Below, piece by piece: positions 40,154 through 49,315 of a DNA stretch of 64,000 nucleotides. The position numbers and the translations under genes are program-made. The number at the start of each line of letters is the position of its first letter. Within the stretch, counting starts at the first letter, position 1. Source of the DNA: Longimicrobiales bacterium. GTDB taxonomy: Bacteria > Gemmatimonadota > Gemmatimonadetes > Longimicrobiales > Gaopeijiaceae. The notes below the pieces were generated by a model. That model made no database searches and was not told the origin of the DNA. It saw nothing but the letters and a program-made list of their open reading frames with translations. Location: contig CAXXKM010000002.1 of NCBI GenBank assembly GCA_963664435.2, positions 1,053,852-1,117,851 of the forward strand, given 5' to 3'.

Positions 40154-42369
40154 CCGGCCTGCCCATCACCGCCGCCGGAGCCATCGGTCTGGTTGCGAAG
40201 GCGACGGTGGTCCTGTCCGTCGCCCTCGTTCTTGCCTGGCTTGCGAGACGCGGTTCCGCGAAGACCCTGCATCTGTTGTGGACGACGACCTTCGCGGTGC
40301 TGCTCGTGTTCCCATTGCTGAGCCTGCTGGCCCCTTCGTGGGACCTTCCCATTCTTCCCGCCCGGACCACAGCAATCGAGTACCATTTCCCAGAAGAGAC
40401 AGCGAGCGAGCCATCAGCGACGGCTAATCGTCCCACCTCGGGTCGCCAACCGAATTCCGTGGCTCCAGTCCCGACCAAATACCTGCCGTTCCCTTCTCGG
40501 GCCGACGGTTCGGTCCCGATGACTCTCGCCGCAAGCGTGTTCCTCATCTGGGCACTCGGCTGCGGGGTCGGGCTCGCCTCCCTCGGCGTTGCCGTCCTTC
40601 GTTTCCGCAAGCTCGTGCGGGGGGCGACCCCGATTCGTGATCCGGACTGGACACGGTCGATGGATATGCTCCGACACCGAACGCGCGTGCGCGGTGACGC
40701 TCGGATCCTGTCCAGTGCCCAGGTTTCCACACCCATGACGGGCGGTCCGCTGAGGCCCGTGATTCTACTTCCCGCGTCTGCTAAGAACTGGACGTCCGGC
40801 CGGCGCGAGATGGTCGTGTCGCATGAGCTGGTGCATGTGCGTCGACGGGATGCGCTGTGGCGACTCGTGGCCGGTGCCGTGGGTGCACTGTACTGGTTCC
40901 ATCCGCTGACCTGGCTCGCATCACGCCTCGCGGCCAGCGCGACGGAGCGCTCGTGCGACGAGGAAGTCCTGGCCATTGGCGTACGCCCTTCGGCATACGC
41001 CCGCCACCTCTTCTCACTTGCGTCCGAGATCGCCCCTGGTCCACCCGTCCTCTCGCTACCCGTGGTGCAACACCCGCATTTGGAGAGTCGAATCATGTCC
41101 ATTCTCAAGCTGCATCGACCGCATTTTTCTAGAATCCACACCTATGCCGCGCTGGCGATAGTCGGTTTGGTGGGGATGGTTGCAGCCTGTGCCAGACCCG
41201 TACGCATGGATCCGGCCGCGAACTCCACGCCTCAGGTTGAGACCGAGCGTCTCCCCGAACGTCCCGCCGAGGACCCGGCACCCCCAGAGAATCCGGCACC
41301 AGCGTCGGCGTCGCCGTCCGACAGGATGCCAGCAGAGCCCCCCGCGACGGCTCCAATCGCGGCTGCCCCGGTAGTGTCGGAAGCCCTCGCATTACAGGAG
41401 ATCGAGTGCGAAGCGGGGAGGTTCATCGGCATAATGCGGGAAGGTGAATCGACGACGGTACAGGTGTCCGTAGACGGGATGTCGCTCTGCATGCGGACGA
41501 GCGGCGGCGTCGTGATGACCGCAGACGGTACCACGGTCGCGAGCATGGATCCCGGCAGTTGGCTGGTTCTTGCTTCCCGGGCCGAGAGGGTTCACCGGAT
41601 GGCGATCACTTCCGGACCAAGTGGCTTGGAGTACGAGTGGAGCATCGATGGCCGCTCCCAATCCTTCGGCGACGAAGCTCGCGACTGGCGCAACCTGATG
41701 TTGACCGTGTTGGCGCGCTCCCAAGAGGCCTGGGAGGTGCGCGGCGAGGAGGGAAGCCTCCGCCGGGCGATAGGATCCCACCAACGGCATGTCGCGAGTC
41801 TCCGCCGGGAGATCGGGTCTCACGAACGGAACGTCGCGAGTCTGCGGCGCGAGATCGGGTCCCACCAACGACACGTCGCGAGTCTGCGGCGCGAGATCGG
41901 GGGCCACGAACGGCACGTCGCGAGTCTCCACCGTCAAATCGCGGGTCACGAACGGAACGTCGCAAGCCTGCGACGGGGGATGGCTCGGATGACATCGGCT
42001 GAGACTCAGGAGGCGTTGCAAGTCGAGATAGTACGGGCCGAGGGCGAGATACGATCTACGCGCCAAGCCATCGGCGAATACGATCTGGACCAACAAGTGG
42101 GCGAGATCAGACGGGAGATCGAGCGGTACGACCTCGACGGGACGGTCCGAGGCATCGAAGACCAGATTGAGCGATACGACCTGGACGGGAAGATCCGGGA
42201 CATCGAGGCCCAGATCGTGCAGTACGATCTGGACGGAAGGATCAGAGAGATAGAAGCGCAGATCGAGGAGGGGGACGCCGACCGTCGTGCCGAGGGAATC
42301 GAGCGGTCGATGCAGGACGATGTCGCCGCGTTGCGGCGCCTGATCCACGCTACCGGGCAAAGGCGCTGA
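40150..42369 (+). CDS. BlaR1-like M56 metallopeptidase sensor with C-terminal coiled-coil repeats
   Basis: HELVH, YWFHPL, ERSCD, LESRI; ATGA overlap with blaI. Confidence 0.9.
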   Translation: MTGLPITAAGAIGLVAKATVVLSVALVLAWLARRGSAKTLHLLWTTTFAVLLVFPLLSLLAPSWDLPILPARTTAIEYHFPEETASEPSATANRPTSGRQPNSVAPVPTKYLPFPSRADGSVPMTLAASVFLIWALGCGVGLASLGVAVLRFRKLVRGATPIRDPDWTRSMDMLRHRTRVRGDARILSSAQVSTPMTGGPLRPVILLPASAKNWTSGRREMVVSHELVHVRRRDALWRLVAGAVGALYWFHPLTWLASRLAASATERSCDEEVLAIGVRPSAYARHLFSLASEIAPGPPVLSLPVVQHPHLESRIMSILKLHRPHFSRIHTYAALAIVGLVGMVAACARPVRMDPAANSTPQVETERLPERPAEDPAPPENPAPASASPSDRMPAEPPATAPIAAAPVVSEALALQEIECEAGRFIGIMREGESTTVQVSVDGMSLCMRTSGGVVMTADGTTVASMDPGSWLVLASRAERVHRMAITSGPSGLEYEWSIDGRSQSFGDEARDWRNLMLTVLARSQEAWEVRGEEGSLRRAIGSHQRHVASLRREIGSHERNVASLRREIGSHQRHVASLRREIGGHERHVASLHRQIAGHERNVASLRRGMARMTSAETQEALQVEIVRAEGEIRSTRQAIGEYDLDQQVGEIRREIERYDLDGTVRGIEDQIERYDLDGKIRDIEAQIVQYDLDGRIREIEAQIEEGDADRRAEGIERSMQDDVAALRRLIHATGQRR
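41755..42270 (+). repeat. intragenic tandem repeats: 5 x 42 bp, then 4 x 48 bp
   Basis: SLRREIGSHERNVA-type units at 41755-41964; YDLD-containing 16-aa units at 42079-42270. Confidence 0.85.
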
Positions 42370-42371
42370 TC

Positions 42372-43592
42372 ATGCAACGGAGTTGGACGCTGCTCGTCGT
42401 GACGTGGATCGCCCTCGTCGGCTGCGGCGACACCGGGTCTCCGAGCGACTGGACCACGCTGCGGGACACCTTGCGCTCCGGCACGGTCCACGTCACGAAC
42501 ATCCCGGGGGCAAACGTATCCCCTACTTGGACTCTGGTCGAGGAACTGCGCGTCGGCTCCCTCGAAGGCACTGGACCGGACGCGTTCGCCCGTCTGAAGG
42601 GTCTCGTGGCGCTGGACGGTGGAGGCTTTGCCATCTTGGATTCCCAGATTCAGGAACTGCGCGTCTTCGGCCCCGATGGCGCTCACATCGCGACTCATGG
42701 CGGGAGGGGGCAGGGACCCGGTGAGTTCGTGGCCGCGAACGGACTCATGCTCGACTCCAGCGGGCGTCTCTGGGTCCCGGACGCGCGCAACGGACGAATG
42801 TCGGTCTTCGATCCCGAGGACGGCTTTGTCGAGTCCTTTCCGTTCGCCGACGGTAACGTCAACGCGACCTGGAACGGCGCCATGGTGGACGGCAGCCGCA
42901 TCTACCGGCCTTGGCGGACGGGCAACCGGAGGCTGCTTCGCATGTTCGACTTGACCATGACCCAGGTCGATTCAATTCCGCTGCCAAGCGATAGCCCGGA
43001 AGACGAAGAGTTCGATCCCGCAAACCAGCCAGGGGCCTTCTACCAAGAGTTGGGTGGCGGCTACATGGCCTATTCGATCCCGTTCTACGCGCACGAAGTC
43101 CGCTACATTGATCGGCTGGGCGACTTCTGGTCCAACCGGGACGGAGACCCGGCATACCGCTTCCAGCGTTGGCTACCGGGCGGTGACACGACCCTCCTCG
43201 TCGAGACCCGACGACCTCCCGTAGCTGTACCCACTGTCGAGCGTGACTCCGCCATCGATATCATGAGGGAGATGACCTCTAACATGGGCGTGGGCGAATG
43301 GGACTGGTCCAGGGTGCCAACGGTCAAGCCCGCCGTCGAGGACATCTTCGAGTCGGACGAAGGCAACCTGTGGGTCCGCACCCCTGCGGCGGACGGCAGA
43401 GTCCTGTTCGATGTCTACTCGCGGGACGGCACCTATCTCGGAACGGCCAGCTTGGGACCCGATCTCAACCTCTTTGACCCGGTTGCCCCGGCTGTGCACG
43501 GTGAACTGGCGTGGCTGGTCGTCACGGACGAGTTCGACGTGAATTACGTCGTTCGTGCCCGAATCGCGCCAGCCGAACGAAGTCCGTCCTGA
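42372..43592 (+). CDS. 6-bladed beta-propeller lipoprotein
   Basis: lipobox LVGC, GGRGQGPGEF, FDVYSRDGTYLG. Confidence 0.85.
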   Translation: MQRSWTLLVVTWIALVGCGDTGSPSDWTTLRDTLRSGTVHVTNIPGANVSPTWTLVEELRVGSLEGTGPDAFARLKGLVALDGGGFAILDSQIQELRVFGPDGAHIATHGGRGQGPGEFVAANGLMLDSSGRLWVPDARNGRMSVFDPEDGFVESFPFADGNVNATWNGAMVDGSRIYRPWRTGNRRLLRMFDLTMTQVDSIPLPSDSPEDEEFDPANQPGAFYQELGGGYMAYSIPFYAHEVRYIDRLGDFWSNRDGDPAYRFQRWLPGGDTTLLVETRRPPVAVPTVERDSAIDIMREMTSNMGVGEWDWSRVPTVKPAVEDIFESDEGNLWVRTPAADGRVLFDVYSRDGTYLGTASLGPDLNLFDPVAPAVHGELAWLVVTDEFDVNYVVRARIAPAERSPS

Positions 43593-44177
43593 GAAGCTGG
43601 CGCTCCGGGGATGGGAGCGTGCACGGAGCCGGTGGGCTGTGCGCCGGGGGGTTCGACGGTTGGGATCTCGCCCCGTTGCCGAAACACTTTGGCACGGTCG
43701 CCCGTATGGGGATGTCCGGTAGCGCGGACAGGCTCGTCAGATGCCGAAGCGGCGGCGTTTCGACAAGCCGCTGGCGGCGGCTTCCCGAGGCGGCCTTGCG
43801 TTACCGGACATCCTCGAACGTTACCGGACAAGAGGAGATTCGCTAAGGGTTGACTGCCTCAAGAACGGTTGTTCAACGTCTCGGGTATGGAGACGCTGGC
43901 ACAGTCGCTCAACAGGGAAGCGGGCGATGGGATCGCCCATCTTGACGGCCGCCGAGAGGCGCGCGGGTTCTTCGGCTTGACGGGACGCCGGGCCGAGTCG
44001 GTTGCGCTCGGAGGCCGCCGGGGAGAGGCGTGCATCCACGCTCGGATTGCGCGGTCGATGGACCGCGAACTCCGGGACGCCGGGCAGTGCAGGAGCGCGT
44101 CGAAGAGGCGGATTCCGCGCATCGAGCCGGCCCGTTCACGGGCGCGGCCCACGGGGGCGTTGGTCGCTGTTAAGGCG

Positions 44178-44215
44178 TCAAGCCAGCCTACCCATTGTCA
44201 TACAATGGGGCTGGC
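44178..44215. other. ColE1-like oriT candidate
   Basis: AAGCCAG (CTGGCTT on the minus strand, as at the ColE1 nic) beside inverted repeat CCCATTGT / ACAATGGG, upstream of mbeC. Confidence 0.6.
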
Positions 44216-44319
44216 GAGGGGCTGGCTCCCGCCCCCCCTTCGAACCCCCCGCTGTTCGCGCTCCCGAGGAGGTCGCGGATGGGGGCGCCGCCCCCTTTCC
44301 CCCGTGTCGGTGCGGCGTG

Positions 44320-44658
44320 ATGCCTGAGCGCCGCACCGCGGTCGTCACCGCCCGCGTGTCGGCGGCCGAGTCCGCCGACTGGCGGGCCAAGGCGAAGGCC
44401 GCAGGCGTGCCGCTGTCCGCGCTGATCCGGCGGGCCATGGCCCGTACACGGACCTGGACGGCCCGCGCCGCCGAGGTCGAGCGCGAGCGCACGCGGCAGG
44501 TGTCGCGGATCGGGAGCAACCTCAACCAGATCGCCAAATGGGCGAACACCCACAAGGGGGCGGCCGAGGCCGTCGAGGTCCTCGCCCGTCTGGTTGCCAT
44601 CGAGCGCGCGCTCGGCGCACTGGCTCGATTCGAGAATCCGGAGCGCGATGCACGTTAA
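44320..44658 (+). CDS. MbeC/MobC relaxosome protein
   Basis: RQVSRIGSNLNQIAKWAN. Confidence 0.88.
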   Translation: MPERRTAVVTARVSAAESADWRAKAKAAGVPLSALIRRAMARTRTWTARAAEVERERTRQVSRIGSNLNQIAKWANTHKGAAEAVEVLARLVAIERALGALARFENPERDAR

Positions 44659-45961
44659 GTTCTTAGCGCACGGGACCGGCTCGGCCGGCAAGGCGGCCGG
44701 CTACCTCCTCGGGGAGCGGGACGCCGCCGGGAAGCCGCGCGAGGGCGTCGAGGTGTTGCGCGGGAACCCGGACATGGTGGCCGCAGTCGCCGACTCGCTC
44801 GACTTCGAGCACAGGTACACCTCCGGCGTAATCGCCTGGGCACCGGACGACCACCCCACCGACGAGCAGATCGAAGCCGTGCTCGACGAGTTCGAGAAGA
44901 CGGCCTGGGCGGGGCTGGAGCCCGACCGCTACGCATGGGCGGCCGTGCTGCACCGTGAGGAGGGCGGCGGCGCTCACGTGCATGTCCTCGCCGCTCGGTG
45001 CGACCTGGAGACCGGCCGAAGCCTCAATATCGCGCCTCCGGGTTGGCAGCGGACGTTCGATCCGCTCCGAGACGCCTTCAACCACGAGCACGGCTGGAGC
45101 CGTCCAGACGACCCGGAGCGGGCCAGAGTGCAACACCCCGGCCACCGCGCCTACATCGAGGCGACCCGGCTGCGGGCCGGACTACGGCTCGAATCCTCCC
45201 CCCGCGACCTGATCCGGGACTACCTGCTCCAGCGTGTCGAGCACGGTGCGGTCAAAGACCGCCACGATGTTGTCGCCGCGCTCCGAGAGGCGGGCCTTGA
45301 AGTGCCGCGCCAGGGCATGGACTACATCACCGCGCTGGACCCGGAGACCGGGGACCGGTGGCGGCTGAAAGGAGAACTGTACGGAGTTGATTTCCAACGC
45401 GAACGATTTGACCGAACGGCTGCGGATGCGGCTGGAACACGAGCGCAGGGAGATCGAGGAGTTGACCACGAACGAGCTCGAAAGGCTCGCCGAGCACTCG
45501 CGGCGCGTCGCGAGGAGCGCGCTGCGTACCATCGAGCGCGATACGGAGGAAGCGACCGGCAAGATGCGCGAGTTGCTGGTCAAGGCGTGGCAACGGCCGC
45601 TGATCGTCGGCCTGAGTCTTTGGATCGGTTTCTTCGGCGGAAGCTGGGCGACGATGCGCTGGTTGGCGGGGAGCATTCAGGACCGGATCGTGACCCGCGC
45701 CGAACTGAACCGGGACATCGAGGACGCCCGGCGGACGCTGGCCCAGCTGGAGGTGGACACCTGGGGGCTCGTGTTCCACGAGATCGAGGGCGAGCGGTTC
45801 GTGGTGGTGCCGGACGGGGTGCTGGACGATCCGCCCTGGTGGGTGGAACCGGGGCACCTTCCGGCGTTGAAGCTGTCGAACGAGTAAAGGAGGTCTATGA
45901 CCGCGTTAGAGGAGCAGTTGACGAGGGCCTTGCGGAGGCTGTCCGCGCAAACCGCAGGTGA
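44648..45961 (+). CDS. ColE1 MbeA-like relaxase, probably 3'-truncated
   Basis: MHVKF..GTGS...YLLGE...VLRGNP, YTSGV, LHREEGGGAHVH, RLKG. Confidence 0.88.
   Translation: MHVKFLAHGTGSAGKAAGYLLGERDAAGKPREGVEVLRGNPDMVAAVADSLDFEHRYTSGVIAWAPDDHPTDEQIEAVLDEFEKTAWAGLEPDRYAWAAVLHREEGGGAHVHVLAARCDLETGRSLNIAPPGWQRTFDPLRDAFNHEHGWSRPDDPERARVQHPGHRAYIEATRLRAGLRLESSPRDLIRDYLLQRVEHGAVKDRHDVVAALREAGLEVPRQGMDYITALDPETGDRWRLKGELYGVDFQRERFDRTAADAAGTRAQGDRGVDHERARKARRALAARREERAAYHRARYGGSDRQDARVAGQGVATAADRRPESLDRFLRRKLGDDALVGGEHSGPDRDPRRTEPGHRGRPADAGPAGGGHLGARVPRDRGRAVRGGAGRGAGRSALVGGTGAPSGVEAVERVKEVYDRVRGAVDEGLAEAVRANRR
45387..45887 (+). CDS. MbeB-like protein overprinted within the relaxase
   Basis: coiled coil, TM segment, TLAQLEVDTWG...RFVVVP; same position as ColE1 mbeB; start uncertain. 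Confidence 0.65.
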   Translation: MISNANDLTERLRMRLEHERREIEELTTNELERLAEHSRRVARSALRTIERDTEEATGKMRELLVKAWQRPLIVGLSLWIGFFGGSWATMRWLAGSIQDRIVTRAELNRDIEDARRTLAQLEVDTWGLVFHEIEGERFVVVPDGVLDDPPWWVEPGHLPALKLSNE

Positions 45962-46028
45962 GGTAAATCACGGCGGGGAATCGTATAAGTCTAACTGGGA
46001 CTGCACGATCTGCGTTTCCTGCCGTTAG
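45897..46028 (+). pseudogene. truncated MbeD-like protein
   Basis: AAGGAGGT RBS; MTALEEQLTRALRRL, then runs into repeat copy 3. Confidence 0.6.
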
Positions 46029-46086
46029 GCCGATTCCGTTCCCGCCGCGCTGGAATGGCGAGGAAGTCGCGTCAAACTGCGGGAAT
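45965..46086 (+). repeat. conserved junction site, copy 3
   Basis: 47/59 identical to copy 1, ungapped (hand count); tail at the same +99 offset as in copy 2. Confidence 0.8.
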
Positions 46087-46180
46087 CGCGCCCGTTCATT
46101 TCTCGAGCATTAGCGTCACGCCACAAGAAAGCCCGGTGACAGGGCGAGACGGGTGTGCGTGGAACTCCGGCGGTGTCCTC

Positions 46181-46220
46181 ATACAGGACTGCAGCTGCAC
46201 GATCTGGCCTTCCTGTCGTT
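46181..46220 (+). repeat. degenerate partial copy of the junction site
   Basis: ATACAGGACTGCA[GCTGCA]CGATCTG. Confidence 0.55.
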
Positions 46221-46438
46221 CGGGACAGCCTGATTCCAGCGTACCGAGACTGCGCGAGGTTGGCCCAGAACGGCGGAGGAATCCGAGTCGGCGATTGGTC
46301 CCACGTCCACCCACGCGACCCGCATGGAAGCCCTCGCGTCGCTGAAGCTCTTCACCCCAGCGACCAACGCCATCATCGGCGCGGACGACCGTGGAGCGGT
46401 CGCATCGGGCTGATAGCGGCCGAGCCCTAACCTAACAT

Positions 46439-49315
46439 CTAACTCCGGCTCCCCCCAATGTCCCGGAACTCCCGATGCCCGGTCGCCAGCAGCCGGTCGA
46501 TCAACGAGCTTGCGCGGACGCGACTTGCCGGATTCGCCAACGCGGCCCGGAGAATACACCGTGCCGAGTCGGTGCGTCCGAAGAGGACGCTGGAGCTACT
46601 GCGCCGACGATTCCCGCTGCTGGACAGCTCTTCCGCACCGACCCAGGACTCCAGCACGGCCAGAGTCTCGGTGGGGTGGCGTTCGGACAGCTGCGCCAGA
46701 CGGTCCATCACATATCTCCGCGGTTCGGCGCCGCCGGCGTGCTTGACCAGCCGTCCAAGCTGCGCCAGCGTCCACTCGTCGTCGAAGCGCCCCGAGGAGA
46801 ACCACCATCCGAGCGAGTCGAGATGTCCCATTCGCTCGCGTCCCCGCTTCCGCAGAACGTCTATCAGCGACTCGGCGAGCGATGCGAAGCGCGTCAGGGT
46901 CTCGCGCGGAAACTCGCGATCCTCGTTGTGCAGATCCCGGCCGATCCGCCCGACCGCGCCACGTGCTTGCTCAGGCTTCGCATTCTCGAAATAGTCTCTC
47001 AGGAGCGCGTCGTCGTCCCAGGACAGGTGTCCGCGGCCCGTCATGACCAGCAGGTGCACCCCTAGGTTTCTGTCGGTCTTGTCCCTTGGCGACGAGTTAC
47101 GCGGGCCACTAGTTGTCATCCGATTGACGGCAGTCGCGTACTGCTCGCGGAGCATTTTGAAGGGCGTGTCGTACGCCGGGCAGAATCGCAGGTAGGTCTC
47201 CCACGCGGCATCCCGAAGTGCCGGGCGGCGATGCGGGAAGATCCTTTCCACGTTCCGGTCGGCCCAGTCCGCGTCGAGTAGGACTAGGTGCGGGAACCAC
47301 TGGCCGTACACTGACCGCACCGCCAAGGACGGGTCATTGTCGGGATCAAGGTGCCAGTCTAACCTCTCGCGGACCTCGGGAATCCTGTCCATGGAAGGCC
47401 GAACTGCATTGGCACGGTTCGGGCCAGCCAGCGATCGGTAGACCCACAATGCATAATGGATCACCGCATGCAAGGCGTTCCCCCGCACGCAGTTGATCGA
47501 CCTAGTCGCCGCGTCTAGGCTGGGTTCCGCCGCGTCCTCGGGCGCGGGGTCGGGATCGTTTGCCAGCGCGTCGATCAGCGCCCAGACGGCAACTCGAAAC
47601 CTAGGCGAGATTACGTCGTCCGTCAGGCCCGCAACCAGCATGGAGGCGGTCTCCCGGCGGGCCGACCGCCATTCCCGGTCGCCGACAGGCCGCTTCACCA
47701 CATCGGCGAGCACATCGAGGACGGCAGTCCAGTCTACCGGGCGGTCCGCAAGGACAGCTTCGCGCACCCCCCGCACCAAGGCTTCCACATAGCGAGCCGG
47801 CAGGTTCACGAAGGAGTCGCGTGCGGCCAAGTAGCGCGACGTTGATCGCGCGACGGCCTCTTCCAGCACTCGGGCGAGACCCTCCTGATCGGGCGACATA
47901 GGATCGCCCGTCGGCTGCCAGGACTCCAAGTACACGGCCACCTCCGAAGCCGACATCGCCTCCAGATCCGTGACTCCCACCGGACTCGTCGGACCCATCC
48001 AGCTCGTCGTGTACGAGACGAAGTCCGGTTGTTCGGGTTCGCCGATCTCGCTGACGATCAGCGCGTGGCGACGCTTCCATTCGTCGTCCAGATCCTTGCG
48101 GATCCAGGCAAGACGACGGGCCTGCCAGTGGAGCCGCATCCTGTGGCGGGCCTCCTCGTCACCGTCGAAGCGGCCGTCCAGGGAGGGGCCGTCCTCGATC
48201 CACTTCAGCACGGCGGCCCTTTCCGACGGGTCCAGCTTCGGGAAGACGGCACCAAGCAGCCCGCTGTACTCGTGGAGCAGGCGGTCGTCGAAGAAACGGT
48301 CCTCGTTCACGGCCAGCTCGGCCGCAAACCGCGGATGCCTGGAGCACTGCTCCCTGGCAAGGTGCAGCAGGATCCGGTGAAAGATAGTGCCGCTGCGACC
48401 ATCGAGGACTTGCGCTACGGACCGAATGTCGATCCCGGCTTCGGCCAGTTGCTTGGAGCCGTCCCTCACCGCGTCGATGAGAAAGTCGGTTACGTCGTGT
48501 CCGTAGTTCTGGCCGTGCGGCTCAATGGCCGGGCGGGAGAGGGAGTCCACATACCTGTCGCATCCGGCCGCGTCAAGCGGCTTCTCAAGGAGATCGCACA
48601 GCAGGGCGAGGGCCCGGGTGCCGCCGTGCGACAGCAGCACGGGCACCCACCGTCGCACGAACTCCTCGTACTCGTATTCGTCGATGCGGGGAAGCAGGCG
48701 GCTGAACATGCTGAAGGCCATCATCTCGGCTGCGAGTCCAGCGATCTCGGTATCCTCTCCGCACACATCTTCCACCGCGGGCGGGTCCCGCATCAAACGT
48801 TCTCCGGCCGAATCCATCTCGGCGCGCAATTCCAGCAACGATCTGGCCAGAGCCATCGCGGCATTGATCTCCCCGGACTCGGCCAGCCGCCCCATGACCG
48901 GACCAAGTGCTTCGGCAATCGGCTGGTGAACACGACCCTGCTCCGAGAGCCACGCGGCCTCCTTCTTCGCCCAACGCGCCGCCATCTTCACCGGCATGTG
49001 GGCCGCGGCCCCTACGAGGTCCATGTGGACCGATTCGTTCGACGTGGTTGGAATCCCCAACACGGCCTCTCCAACCTCCTTCGGCGCGAGCTGGGCCATC
49101 CGGGCCAAGTACTCCGATTCCGGCCAAGCGGGGAAGCTGATCAGATCCTCGTCCACGAATTGTGGCGCGGGTGGGTCGCTGAAAAAGCCCGCCTCACGAA
49201 GCGGTTCGATCCAGGCGGGCGAGTCCAGCCTGCGGAAGAAGTAGGCGTAGTTGACGGGACGCTTTCTGATCAGCTTCAGCGCGTTTTCGACCAGTTCCGG
49301 ACTAGGGCTAGGCAT
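46439..49315 (-). CDS. large alpha-helical hypothetical protein (958 aa), defence-associated type
   Basis: GAGGAG RBS; 8-nt overlap with the upstream gene; YFF..LDSPAWIEPL...GFF..PP, WPESEYLARMA; no NTPase motif seen. Confidence 0.75.
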   Translation of the reverse strand: MPSPSPELVENALKLIRKRPVNYAYFFRRLDSPAWIEPLREAGFFSDPPAPQFVDEDLISFPAWPESEYLARMAQLAPKEVGEAVLGIPTTSNESVHMDLVGAAAHMPVKMAARWAKKEAAWLSEQGRVHQPIAEALGPVMGRLAESGEINAAMALARSLLELRAEMDSAGERLMRDPPAVEDVCGEDTEIAGLAAEMMAFSMFSRLLPRIDEYEYEEFVRRWVPVLLSHGGTRALALLCDLLEKPLDAAGCDRYVDSLSRPAIEPHGQNYGHDVTDFLIDAVRDGSKQLAEAGIDIRSVAQVLDGRSGTIFHRILLHLAREQCSRHPRFAAELAVNEDRFFDDRLLHEYSGLLGAVFPKLDPSERAAVLKWIEDGPSLDGRFDGDEEARHRMRLHWQARRLAWIRKDLDDEWKRRHALIVSEIGEPEQPDFVSYTTSWMGPTSPVGVTDLEAMSASEVAVYLESWQPTGDPMSPDQEGLARVLEEAVARSTSRYLAARDSFVNLPARYVEALVRGVREAVLADRPVDWTAVLDVLADVVKRPVGDREWRSARRETASMLVAGLTDDVISPRFRVAVWALIDALANDPDPAPEDAAEPSLDAATRSINCVRGNALHAVIHYALWVYRSLAGPNRANAVRPSMDRIPEVRERLDWHLDPDNDPSLAVRSVYGQWFPHLVLLDADWADRNVERIFPHRRPALRDAAWETYLRFCPAYDTPFKMLREQYATAVNRMTTSGPRNSSPRDKTDRNLGVHLLVMTGRGHLSWDDDALLRDYFENAKPEQARGAVGRIGRDLHNEDREFPRETLTRFASLAESLIDVLRKRGRERMGHLDSLGWWFSSGRFDDEWTLAQLGRLVKHAGGAEPRRYVMDRLAQLSERHPTETLAVLESWVGAEELSSSGNRRRSSSSVLFGRTDSARCILRAALANPASRVRASSLIDRLLATGHREFRDIGGSRS

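Noticed and set aside
41755..41964. 42-bp periodic repeats as a CRISPR array
   Set aside because: Contiguous, in frame and varying mostly at codon level inside the M56 gene; no unique spacers and no cas genes.
45989..46030. attC-like pair GTCTAAC...GTTAGGC suggesting an integron
   Set aside because: Only 42 bp, shorter than known attC sites; the other copies lack the GTTRRRY end; no IntI gene; the modules are multi-kb, not single-gene cassettes.
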